A DNA stretch of 64,000 nucleotides from Lepidodermella squamata. Lineage: Eukaryota > Animalia > Gastrotricha. Numbering within the stretch: the stretch's first letter is position 1; every line of letters begins with the position of its first letter. The notes beneath the pieces are model-generated. The model was not told the origin of the DNA. It saw only the letters and a list, made by a program, of their open reading frames with translations, and did not search any database. Positions 35,136-47,339 of the stretch are shown piece by piece. Both the position numbers and the translations under genes were made by a program. The DNA lies in assembly GCA_047495785.1 (NCBI GenBank), contig JBLDXI010000033.1, positions 558,001 to 622,000 of the forward strand, written 5' to 3'.

Positions 35136-35389
35136 CTGGGGCGTCTGCTTTCCTCCCAAATGACTTGAAGCAGACTGCCAATAGTTCGATGTTGAATTGA
35201 ATAATTATATCAATCAGTTGCATCCTCGCCAAATTTACTTCTACATCTTTTATTTTTTAGTTAGTTCTTTCTTTTTTTCTTGCTTCAATGCATTTTTTCT
35301 CCATTGTTTAGAGATGCAAATAACTTGATTTATATGAACATTGACATACATATCTGATTGGAGTCTTACTGATTTGTAACGTGGTGAAT

Positions 35390-35764
35390 ATGAGTTCTAA
35401 GACAAATCAAATCGGCGACAATGAGTTTTCTGAAGAAGATTTGACCGCTTTGAGGACTGATGGAGAGAAACGATTAGCTGAGCTTCTTGATGTCGAAGAG
35501 AGCGACGAAAACTTGTCAGATCTTGACCCTGACAAGCTAGCTAAATATTTGGATGAGTATAATCACATTGACAACACGCTGGATGCGCTTGATGCTTGTG
35601 TTGGTATGCTGGACAAACAAGCAGATGACCTCGCGTCGAAGATTCGGCAGTTTCTTCTGGAGGATGATGATTCACCTCCCGCTGAACAGTCGTCGCCTGT
35701 TGCTGTGGAAGACAGTGTGAAACATGTTGATAAACCGGAGGATATTGATGGAAGCAAGCGATAG
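35390..35764 (+). CDS. BBLN: Bublin / UPF0184 (C9orf16-like) small coiled-coil protein
   Basis: EYNHIDNTLDALDACVGMLDKQADDLASKIRQFL fits the EY..I...LD.I..C...L....D.L...L..LL pattern; acidic N-terminus. Confidence 0.7.
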   Translation: MSSKTNQIGDNEFSEEDLTALRTDGEKRLAELLDVEESDENLSDLDPDKLAKYLDEYNHIDNTLDALDACVGMLDKQADDLASKIRQFLLEDDDSPPAEQSSPVAVEDSVKHVDKPEDIDGSKR

Positions 35765-35936
35765 TTTATTATATCTATTTTCAAGGAGTTTTTATTTCAA
35801 CGTTACTATTATTGTATTTGCTTTCAAAACTGATTCCGTCTTTGCGCTAGTGGTTGCAATCTTTTAATGAAATGATTACTTTTATGTATTAATTTTATTG
35901 TTGCCTAGGTTGAATAATTAGACATATAGACTTATC

Positions 35937-36346
35937 ATGGCGGTGAGAGGAAAATTTTGCGGGCCGAAGTGCTCAATGTGCTGGACCTTGCTGAGTATTT
36001 GGGGCATTGTCATGCTGGTAAGTTCAACTTTACGTGCATGATGTTGGTAAATTATTCGATGTTTTTAAAGGCAATTCTCGGCGTTCTTTTCTACGTTCGA
36101 GCTGTAGGATTGTTTGAAGACCTCGGAATCGAACTCGAACTTAAAAACAATACACCGAAGGGTTCGCCACCACAATACGACTATGATAAGGTCATTGCTG
36201 CGTACCAACAAGTAGCTATTAATTGCTGGATTGCTGCCGGCATTTACGTCGCTGTTCTCGCCGTATCTTTCTGGCAGTGGAAATTGAACGTCGCAGCATC
36301 GCAATACGACACACCTGCACCTGTTGCAGCGTCATCTGCCCAATAG
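35937..36346 (+). CDS. RNASEK: Ribonuclease kappa / V-ATPase subunit f; join(35937..36017,36071..36346)
   Basis: MAVRGKFCGPKCSMCWTLLSIWGIVML|AILGVLF...LFEDL...YQQVAINCWIAAGIY. 53-nt intron. Confidence 0.92.
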
Positions 36347-36706
36347 ATGCAATATTCACAGCAATTCCATGATGATTGGTGGTGCATCCGATTATTTTCA
36401 TCCGTTTCTTATATGTGTAATAGATCGCTATTTTTATTTCCCGAAAACGATGATTCCTCAGTCTTGTATTACAGTTCTATGCTAAAGTTGTTAAATTAAT
36501 TCGATAATCAACATCTTCTTGATACAAGTAATTTTCTTTAAATTTTGGTGTCACCACAGATTTCTTCTTGTCTTGTGATAGCGTCTAGCCTCTTAATTGT
36601 TATCAAAAAGCGCTTGAGTTGCACGATATTACATGTTTCGAAAAATGGAGCCTTGAAATGAAAAATTGAATTTTCAAATTTTCTCTCTATTTTTAGGTGC
36701 TTAAAA

Positions 36707-37954
36707 ATGGCGAAATTACTTATGGCTCTTGCCCTGGTGGCTGTTCTAGTTTCATTTATACTCTCGTCATTTCTTTCTTTGGAATACCCGCAAGCAACGT
36801 ATGTCGATTTGAAACAACGACTCAGTGATCTCGCGTTCAATTACGCTCATTCTTGCTTGAAAATCGCCGAGTTTTTCGGCGCTATTCGTCTTCCAGTTTT
36901 CTACCGATGGTTCTTTCAAAGTCAAGGTGCTCAGCTGAAACGTCAAAAATCGCCCGATGAAAATTCTTACGAGACGAAAATTTCAAATGTTCCAGTCACG
37001 ATTTTCAAACCGCCTCATTACGCTAGCAAGAAAGCGTTACCTGGTATTATTTACGTACCAGGTGGCTTATTTATTCTGCCCACTCGAGAGGAGCATTATC
37101 AGTTTAGTCAAATGTTGGCTACTAATATTTCTGCTATAGTCTTCCTAGTCCACCAACGGGTCGCGCCGGAATACCCATTCCCAGCCCCGTTGGATGACGT
37201 TAAAGCTGTTTCTGAGTATATTCTATGGAATCCGGAGGAATTCAACGTAAGGCCTAACCGAATTTCGATTGGAGGGGACGATACAGGGGCTGCTTTGGCA
37301 TTATCGACCGTAATCGACCTCGTCAATGCAGATCCGATGGAAGAACGCGTGCCTCTAAACAAATTCTACTCAATGTTCATGGTCAGCCCAGTTTTGCAGA
37401 TTACAAATCTTGCCTTACCATCTTACATTGTGAATAAGAATTACATTCACGGAATTCACCCGTCTGAGGCCTTGAGCTACTATTCAGGGATTGAGCGTCC
37501 CTCCTCGAGATTACTCAACGCTATAAGCGAAAATATGCATATTCCTTTCACGATGAAAATCAGATTCCAGCCTTTGTTGGATTATCATTTGATGAACGAT
37601 ACTTTCATACCCGAGGAGTACGTTGCGCCTGATTTAGCGCTGGATTTATCGCCTGACGTGCCTGAAAAAGTGACGTGGCTAGCGAGTCAAGCCGAGGCGT
37701 TTCCTATGTTGTACGAAAATAGTTATCTGACGAAATTACCGGTGACGTACATTCAAACGTGCGAGCATTCAATGGCCCGTGATGACGGGTTAATTTTTGC
37801 GAAGCGGCTCGAAAAAAATGCGGTTTCTTTGAAGCTGGCCGTCATCCGCCAGGCCATGCACGACGATCCCGTTATACGAAGCGGCGTGTTTGTCGAGGCG
37901 ACGCGTGATCTCATTCGTTTTATGCGCCGTACGTTGTACAAACAGGGCGCGTGA
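36707..37954 (+). CDS. AADAC/NCEH1-like alpha/beta hydrolase (HSL family), probably non-catalytic
   Basis: N-terminal anchor, APEYPFPAPLDD, LP.TYI.TCE...RDDG..F..RL. Oxyanion HGGG reads VPGG and nucleophile GDSAG reads GDDTG. Confidence 0.85.
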   Translation: MAKLLMALALVAVLVSFILSSFLSLEYPQATYVDLKQRLSDLAFNYAHSCLKIAEFFGAIRLPVFYRWFFQSQGAQLKRQKSPDENSYETKISNVPVTIFKPPHYASKKALPGIIYVPGGLFILPTREEHYQFSQMLATNISAIVFLVHQRVAPEYPFPAPLDDVKAVSEYILWNPEEFNVRPNRISIGGDDTGAALALSTVIDLVNADPMEERVPLNKFYSMFMVSPVLQITNLALPSYIVNKNYIHGIHPSEALSYYSGIERPSSRLLNAISENMHIPFTMKIRFQPLLDYHLMNDTFIPEEYVAPDLALDLSPDVPEKVTWLASQAEAFPMLYENSYLTKLPVTYIQTCEHSMARDDGLIFAKRLEKNAVSLKLAVIRQAMHDDPVIRSGVFVEATRDLIRFMRRTLYKQGA

Positions 37955-38675
37955 TTAATCGATCCCTCTACGTCTTCGCTATTGTTGTGAATTAAAAAAA
38001 ATACGCAGCTCGTAGATTTTTTATAATGATAACGCCAAAGCATGCTGGTTTTTTTTACGCTTCCGCTAACACCAATTCAATCAATGGTTTTACATATTTT
38101 ATCTCCTGCTTTTATAATGTTCACAACTTTTGGTAGCTGGTGTTGAATTTTTGATGAAATCATTTGTTTCACGGCAATTTGCTAGCTATTAAATTGATGT
38201 CTCAATAGGTGTATAGAGAAAATACGTGTTTGCCTTTTGAAAGCACTTTTTCTTGTATGAATTCAATTAGGTCGCGTATAGTATTTCTCGTTTTTCATAG
38301 GTACATTATTTTGTGGCCCACAGTACAAGATAGGACCCACTAATCGAGCTCGGACTCACGCAATTTCTCGCATTAAATATTTATGATCAAAAACAAATTT
38401 TACTAGTAATATTTATCCAGGGTTAAATTTTACCTGGGCAAGTCTGTAAAACATTTTAAACTCGTTTACAGGTTAATTATTAATGTCTTTTACCTGTTAT
38501 TGAAAATTTACTGGTTTTAAAATTGCCGTGGAATGCTTGATAAGATCTACCTAGTAAAATTAAAATTTCGAATTTTTATGCTGAAATTTAACCGGTTTTA
38601 TTTTCTCAATTTTTTAGGTCTTCTTTAATGTTGACTTTTTGTTTGTTCTGTCCGTGGCGCTCGTCATAGCCAGAA

Positions 38676-41600
38676 ATGCGAGAATTTATTCGCATCGAGC
38701 TGCCACCGCCGCTGGTTTCGGCCCGGAACCGCGTCGTTGGCACCCGCAGTGTGGTTCGAACAAAATCGGGCAACATTGTGGCGGCTCCAACAATATCAAG
38801 CCAGCCGCCCAGTGTTTCTTCGTCGATTCAAACTTGTGAAAGCATTGAAGAAAGGACGTTATCGCCGCAATTTTCGTCGTCGTTAGAAACGGTTATGATG
38901 GCCTCGTCTTGTGATTCGGATTCGCAAGCTACTAATATGCCTAGTCAGGTCGAAGCGGTTCCGATTTTACCACCTGCTTACGGCTTGCGGCTGGATATCC
39001 CTAACCAGGTAAATTTTCACGATACCTAAATATAACATAACATAACAAACAAACATAACAAAATTTTAAATTTATTATTATTTTAAAATATGTAAATTAG
39101 TCGAATTTTATGAATTTTCAATTCTGAATTTCAATTTTTTTTTGAAAATTTTAGCTCATTTTTCCTAATTAAAGTAAAATACAGTTTAGAATCGGAAAAA
39201 ATCTATTTTGAGCCGTTTGAATTTTTTTTATGAATTTTATTTCCCAAAAATAAGGGAATTTCTTTGGCCATTTTCAGACTTTGAATTTTAACTATTATAT
39301 AGCTCCTATTATTTCAATTATTTTTTTTCTCACCTAGGTTATCACTGAAGTCTCCGATCTGGAAGAAAGTAACGGCGCGGCTTATGACTCGGACGATTCG
39401 CTCAAAGATCTCAACTGGCTGGGCGGGCTCAACCCGACGAAAATGGCCGGCAGCAGTGGTCAAAAGCCTAGCACAAATGTCTCATCGGCTAGTCAACACC
39501 AGCAACAAGCTAATCGAATCAAACAATTGCAATCTCCGCGGCGAAATACAGCCGCTCCTCCGCCCAGCTCGATATCACCCCGGCCGAGACCAGTCACCCC
39601 CGGGTCGAGCCTAGCGCCCTATTTGAAGCGGGTTAGTCAAGCCCCGACGGCCGGGACCGCCTTATCACCAATCCGGCAGTCATCCCCGATCCAGCCCGAA
39701 ATCTCGGTAGTCCAGGCGCAACATCAACCGACTACAGCCACCTTAATGGCGACATCGGTGCCTGTCTCGCAAATGATATCCCACCCGCCCTGGGTGACTC
39801 AACAGCGCGAACAGAGGCGGCTGAATCGGCTCAAACGTCCCCCATTCAGCTACGTCGCACTGTGTTGCATGGCCTTGGCGAGTTCTGAGACGTTAACTCT
39901 TCCACTGACTCAAATTTACAAATGGATCGAAGACTCGTTTCCGTACTACGCGAGGCCTGAGTGCTATCAAGACTGGCGGAGTTCGATTCGACACACCCTA
40001 TCGCTTTACACGTTCTTCCAATCCGCGCCGGTAATTATCGGCCGGAAAACGATACCAACATGGCGGCTTGATGTGACAGAGCCGGAGCGGTTGGATATTG
40101 CCCGGCTGGTTGTCGAGTACCAGAGCCATATGAATTCGCAGTTCATTTCGGAGTGGACGTCGCGCCTGGTGTACGCCGAGCAGAGGTCGCATCGCCGCGG
40201 TGCTTACGATCGACAGGCGTCGCGGTTCAAGGCGTTCAGTGCGCTGCGGAGTCGCAGCTCATCGACGGATACGTTGACCAGCACGCATTCGAACAGCACG
40301 TCGGCGACTGGGGGCTATCAAAGCTTCACGCCCGACAGTGGCATGTCCAGTATTACTTGTAAGCCACCTTAATTTATTATTTAAAAAATTGAATTTTAAA
40401 TTTTAAATTAATTAAAAAAATGTGGATTTGAAAAGTTCCTTTTTTGGGAAAAACAGGCTTAAACATGAACCAAAAATATGGTTTGTTAAATAATTAAATT
40501 AACTATAATCCTGCCTGGCATGTAGCTGGTCAGGATTAGAAATATTTCAGTCTAATGGATGTGAAATCAAAATTTATCCAGTTTCTCATCAAATTGTATT
40601 TTTCAAAAATTAGCTCTACCAAAGAGCATTTCGTCTTTATCTGAGTTTCCTTCAAAGAAATTTGCTGTTGGAAACTTGGAAACTGCCGATCTTAACATTT
40701 TGGAGATTTTAGAGATTTCTCGGTTGGACGAAATTTATTGGATTTTCTTATTCTAATCATTCTGATTTCGGAATTTTTCTGGCCTGGGGATTCGTTGGGC
40801 GTCTTTAGGGACATTGTAATTCAAATTTTAGTTCAGAAATTCTGAAAATTAGTTTCGCAACTCTTTTTTGGGTCCCGATTTTAAATACGGCCGCGGTAGG
40901 TTTTTCGGCGTCGCTAGTGTCGTAGTATTAAAATTCTCAATTTTCAAGAAAATGTATCCTAAAACACTCAAATTCGAAGCGATCGCAAGTAGAGATTTAA
41001 GAACCGCGAAAAAATCTTATCAATTGATTGCTATATCGATTGCTAAATTTTGCAACATTTCAAAGTTGTATTCCTTTGATTCCGTTAGCCAGGAAATTTC
41101 AATTTATAATGGGCAATGTGACCATAAATCGTAAATTTAGTCTAAATTGCCTGAAATAAGTTGAAATTGATATTATTCCACTTTGAAAGCTAAATTTTTA
41201 AATATTTTTCTTTATTTTTCAGCCGCAAGTGGCCCGACGCCTATGACGATAAGCGAAGCTGATATATCCCTACTAAGCGGCGCCCTGACCTCAATAACCG
41301 CCGCGACAGTCGCCTCAGTCAGCAATAACACCTCGTCATCGTCCTCCGTATTCCACCATCACCACCACCACCCAAACCCGAACAACCGTCGCATGTCACC
41401 CGCGCCCGTTATGATGTGCGGCGCGGCGCCCGGCTGCACCCAGCCGAGTCTGGCCGCCTCGCCCGCGCCGTCGAACGCGTCGGCCGCGACCTCCTCGACA
41501 ACGACGACGACAACGTACGAAACCGGGCCTGGTATTACGATAATCCGCATCCCGCCGAATGCGCCCAAATTCGGCCTTCTCGTTCTTGCCCCATCGCCTG

Positions 41601-42894
41601 CTCAGCAGCAGCAAATGATGGCCCATCAGATGCTGCAGCAGCAACACCAACAACAACAACACCTGCCAGCGCCTTCGACGCCGATGAGCATTGTCAGCGA
41701 TTCGAACTGTTCTTCCGTGCCTTTGTTCGATTTGACTAATCAATCGTGAGTTTTCGTTTACATTTTAAAAAATTTTGAAAAAATTGAAAAATTAAAATAA
41801 TTTAAAATTGATTTATTTTTTTTGAAATTTTCTCATAAGATCTTCGAATTCTTAAACAATTGATACAAAGAAAGTCGTAATAATCAGAAAATGCCCGATT
41901 GATCATTGTTGAACCAGTTCAAATATTAGTATAAAATGAATAGCTTTCTGAAATATGAGATTTTGGGATATTTTCTCAGTTAATAAATTTTTGCTCTAAA
42001 TGAGGTGATCTGAAGAAGCAAATGCATTAGCCTAGATAATGACAAATGTTGAGTTATTAAATACCTGGAAACAAAGTATTTCGAATATTTGGGGGCTAAT
42101 TTTCACCAATAATTGATTGAAATAAATAATTAAAAATAGCCAAAATAAGGTTTAGGGTGTTCAAAAAATTAGGAAAAATAGAAAAAATGCTAAATAGGAA
42201 AAATGCCGGAAAGCTAGTTTTTCCACATTTTATTATCTAAAACAGTTTGAAAATGAAAAAAAGAAGTTATCTTGGGGCTTCACGGAATTGGGATTTTTTA
42301 AAATAATTATACGCTTTCTCTTTTTTTTATAGTTTCGGCGTTCAAATTCAACCTCAAATGAACGGACAGCAAATGTCGGGCCAACAACAAAATAATTCTA
42401 GCGGCAATATGATGGGCCAGTCGCCTTCCGTTCTCGTCTCAACCCCGCCCGGTTCCGTCGAAACCGCCGGCTATCACCAGCAAATGCAACAATACACGTA
42501 TTCGAACGATGTAAATCAGCAGTATCAACAGGTGATGCATTACCAGAATCAGCAGCAGCAGTCGAAAGAGGACCAGCAACATATGCAATTTATGGCTGAA
42601 TTTCACTCACAACTAGCTGCAACCTCATCTCCAGCGCATGTAAATCAACAACAACAGCCGTATTTGACGATTGAGCCGTCTCCGATGGGCGTTGAAACAA
42701 CGCAGATGATAGAATCTATCGATGATTTTGCGGCTTCGATGGATTTGGACATTTCGCTGCAAGATTTTGTCGGCTCAGCTGAGGAACTGTTCGCAGATGC
42801 GGCTAATATCGACTTTGCGGCCATGTTGGACGGAGCTTTAGACACGCCCCGTAGCGTCCTATTACCGCCCTCTGACGGCCATGGAATTTTGTGA
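38676..42894 (+). CDS. Divergent forkhead transcription factor (FoxM/N/J-like clade); exons 38676-39008, 39338-40358, 41223-41745, 42333-42894
   Basis: RPPFSY...MAL.....L.L.QIYKWIEDSFPYY...W.SSIRH.LSL...F forkhead domain, upstream DDSLKDLNWL motif, Q-rich and acidic C-terminus. All splice phases are consistent. Confidence 0.85.
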
Positions 42895-45181
42895 TTTTTT
42901 TTGCTAGACACACAGAGAGAAAAATATTTACGGGGAACGAATTTGTAGAGCAAAAAATAGTGTGATTTTGATTTCCTCGATAAAGAAATTGTGCCGTGTC
43001 GTGGTTTTTCTTGTCTCACCTTTTAGTCATTTTTTTACTCCAAAATATACGTATACAAAGAAGCTTGAAGGGAAAGAATATTGCATAATTTTCTTGTTGT
43101 TACAAAAAATATCTTCGCTGCAATTCGATGCATTGGCTTTGTTGTGTTTAAAATTTGTGTCATGGCCGCGCAAGTATTCCATACTGGTATTCCATGTATT
43201 AATAATTGAATTCGGACCAATCAATGAGGAACCAAATCGAGAAATAATCAACAACAATTTTGTCTCACCGTGTGACGCAAAATCCTGTAGTCAACTAATA
43301 TTTAGAGAAAAATCAAACCGAATAGTAATTATTAGATTTTTCAGCCACCCTGTGTAAAAATCTTAATCTACTTCTCACCTTGTTTAGTTGAAATTCGCAC
43401 TTTTCTAGTATAATTTGACTTTTCTTTAACATGGGAATTAACATACTGCTTCACTTATTTTAGTCGGTTATTTTGGATCTCGTTGTAAAAAAATTATTCG
43501 AGCACACAACACTCGACCCGGTTTGACCTTGAAATCTATAGCTCTTTTGTCGATATAGCAGAAGTATTTGCACATATGATCGCACTTTTTGCTCCTGAGA
43601 AATTTTGTGACGAAAAAACTTGATGTTGATAAAAATCCGAAAGCTTACAAGCAAAATGTAGTTCGATGATGAAATTTCTGTTCCAAGTTGATGATTTAAG
43701 TCTCTCGATGAAAGGTTGTTTTGCGAAGAAATTGGTTACAATTTCGAAAAGAATTATTACCAACTCAGTGCTCAATTAATTTTATTTCGGTTTATTATCT
43801 GCTTGAATTTCTTTGGCGGGAACACTCGATGAAATTTCGGTTCTTTAATACTATTACCATACCTAACAGTATGCATATGCTTTGATGAAATTGTGAAAAA
43901 ACGTGTTTCTTTTTTACTGAAGCTAAGCTAGAAAAATGCATGCTCCTTTGCTGTGTCGATTGATGGGATTTAATTACTAAGAGCTTATTGCTGCAAAAAA
44001 TTGAGAAAACCAATTCTGCTTGAATTTAAAACCGCTCTCTTCTTCGTCGTAAATTTTTAGAACCTGGGCTTCTTCCTGGCTTTAAAAATCGCCGTTTTTT
44101 GCGTGTTGAAAATCGAGAGAAAAACATTGATATTACTCTTATTCTATTCCAAACTTATTGTTGTTAAAAATCGAATTTGATGATGAAAACAAAACTGTAA
44201 ACGATTTCGCCTGCCTCGCTCTTAATTTGTCTCTTTTTTCTGTTCGTTTTTTCGTCATTGCGATCGAGGAGACATTGTTATTTACAAAAATACTACGTAT
44301 ATTACTTGAATGTAATGCAAAAACGTATAGTTTGACTGTAGTTTGCCTAAATAAATTTGGTTTGCGAGAAAACAATTGCTCGTGGAGTTTTTTGCGCAGT
44401 GGTTTAACGTGGGTGTGAAGTTCCGTGAAGCGTGAAATGGATCACGGCAAAGTTTCCAGACCAACTGTTTCAAGCTTAGCGCTGAGTTTGAAACTTCCAA
44501 TGCAGATTTGGAAATTTTCGGAAATTTCATGATGAATTATCACAATTCCAGATGTATGGTCTAAAAATTCTACGTGGATTTTGCGCTATTCTTTTAAGAA
44601 CTTGGCATAGTCCAGATTCAACGTAATTATCAAAAAATGGCTCTTCGTTTGGTGTTTATTAATTATTTGTGTCCTAGAGAGTCCTGGAGGTTACCCTGCT
44701 ATTTTTTAACCTTAGGAGAAAATTAATTTTATTAAAATAAACATATACCGAGAGAATATCATTTATTTAACCTAAGAAATAAAAAATTTACCGGAGAAAC
44801 CCGAAAAAACTCCTATGGTAACCGTTTCGGTAATTTTCGGTAATTTTCGGTATTTTCGGTATTGAATTTAATCTCAATTGCCAATGACACAATTGATTAC
44901 TATTCTCTTGATATTTCAACTTTTCAAAAAAAATTATTTTCGTTTTCTTTGTTTGCATTACCTACTTGTGTGACAACCTGCATCATTTGGGATTTTTCAC
45001 AGAGTTTGAATCTACCTACATGTTTTTCTAGAAGTTGATAAGAATGTAAAAAGATAAGTTGGTGTGAGAAGCTTATCGGGATTCTTCGTATCACCTGGGC
45101 CTAACCTCAAATGCTATACCTTATGTTAATTCTGTCAAGTTATTTACAATTCTAGGTGAAACGGAGTTCTAATAGATTTTC

Positions 45182-46362
45182 ATGGCTACTAACGATTTTG
45201 CCTACCGTGAGTGTGCCTTCGATGCCGACGATTTCGCCGCGTTGAATCGGCTCGAACGGGAGGCGTATCGGTACTACGCCTTCACAGACCCAGACAAGCC
45301 CCGCCACGGCAAACTCGACAATCACTACGTAATGATGGTCGACGACGTGGCAACAGGGCAAAAAGGCGTCGCGACATGCTCGGCCAGTTGGAAACCGATG
45401 CGAGCTGGCGGCAAAATGCGGCTATGCGGCGAAATCTACCGGCTTAGGGTTGACGCGACCTACAGGCGACGGGGCCTTGGGCGTTACTTGGTCACCCATA
45501 TGGAGGAGGAGCTGAAAAAACGGGGCGTAGAGTTGGCATATATCATCATTTGGACCCCAAATCCAGGCAGCGAGACGTATTTTAGAAGCTTTCATACCCC
45601 TGGGTTTATCTTGCCATCAGTTTATTTCAGATCATGAAATACGAGCAAGTTTATCATACGTATATGCGTATGATAACGATTGATCGGTTAGTGGCTCAAC
45701 CTGCAAACCCTGCGTTTGAGGTGGAGCGAATTGACAAACCGTACGCAGCTCTTCAAGAGAAGTTCGGGAAGTGTTTGCTATGGCCAGAGGATCCTAACAT
45801 ACTTCACCTATCGGTAAGATTAGCTTACATTACATCTACAAATGACATAACTTGATATGCCCAGTTGTATCGAACCCGGCTGCCGGGATCCTCCGAATAT
45901 GTCGAAGCTCTGTTGTGGGACCATTGCTACCCCCTTGGCATTATGCTAATGCCTTTTGCCGAAAAAGCGACCGTTGAAATTCGGCGGTTTCTTAACAAAC
46001 TTGCACCTAATTACTTCGAAAAACCGATAGGAATGCACGAAAAGTTCGTGATCCGTTGCGTGTTCCCGTTTACGATTCCCGACAACGCGACGCCGGAACA
46101 AGTTCGCGAGCCTATCGTTGCGATTTTACGCAAGATGGCGGTTGATAGTTTGAAGGCTGGGGCGGGTTATCTTGTTGTGCATGAACATCATTCAGCGCTC
46201 AGTCGAGAAATGTTGGACGTTTTGCCGTTTGCGAACTTGCTGCCTGATATGGCTCATACGTTTTCGATCAAGCCCCTCGCGGCGCCTGATTGGGAAGACT
46301 TGAAACGCAACCTTGCAGAAGAAGTTAAAACGACGATATTTGTCAACGCTGATGAACTTTGA
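45182..46362 (+). CDS. GNAT N-acetyltransferase with C-terminal extension (HLS1-like); join(45182..45576,45621..45813,45865..46362)
   Basis: Motif A LRVDATYRRRGLG. Motif B is restored by splicing (NPGSETLFQIMKY). Introns of 44 and 51 nt. Confidence 0.8.
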
Positions 46363-47339
46363 GATTCGGATGGTTATTTTGACGATTCTTATTTCCAATG
46401 TTAACCAATGACTTAGAAATAAAAAAAAAATTGGATTACCGGCTGGATTAGATACTTTGCATTTGGAATATGTTTTCCCTTTCGCCGTCTCCTGGTTTCA
46501 CAGAAACTTGTATTTAATTTAAGAGGAAAACTCTCAATTTTTATATTTCATCTTGACTTTGCCAAAGAGCTCTGATTTCCAAGCTTAAATCTGTCCAATA
46601 ATGAAACAGAATATTCAACCTGATGTTCTTTACGAACAAAACACATTCCGGCCCGTAGAGTTAGTAACGGAATGTGTTTTGTACTTATAGCATTATACTT
46701 CCGTCTTCCGTTTTGCAGGTCAAAGATCAAACGCACCCACGTGATCAAAACGTGTGATCAAAACACTGAACTTTTAAGTTTTTGCTACTGCGGTAGTTTT
46801 GTCATTTCGTCATTTCGTCACTATGAAAAACTTCCAAACTGAGAAAAAAGTAATAAAATGATGTCAACTGGAGTCGAACTATCAACCTCTAGTTTCCTGA
46901 GCTATAGTTTGAACCTAGAATCCATAAAGTCTTAGGTCCAAGATCTTAATTCCAATTAGAAATATTGTTGGTTCGTGTTACTTGGGAAAGAAGACCGGAG
47001 CCGTTATGGTGCAACTATTGTAGAATTATGGGAATATTTTATTCAATTCAATGATGGAGAAACAATTTATTTATAACATGCCAAAGATTTAATATTCAGT
47101 CAGTACCTCTGTAATTGATTTTAGTTACCTAAAGACATTCCGGGTTGTTGTTATCACCTATTTTAATCAATTCCAAAGTTCGTTCTTGTTGCCGAGAAAC
47201 GTATCAATGCGCGAATCTCCAACAAAAGTAAAAAAGATTGGCAGCCCATTTCGCCCTGCCGCTGATCGATCTGGGGGAACCAATTTTTTTACACGAAAAC
47301 AGCAGCAGTGTTGAAACATGAATTTTAATGTTTAGCGCG

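Noticed and set aside
34778-35232. Overlapping 140-aa and 109-aa ORFs on opposite strands
   Set aside because: Non-ATG starts and no family motif; partly explained by the palindrome.
36527-36697. Acceptor just upstream of the AADAC-like ATG as evidence of trans-splicing
   Set aside because: A usable GTAATT donor at ~36527 allows an ordinary 5'-UTR intron.
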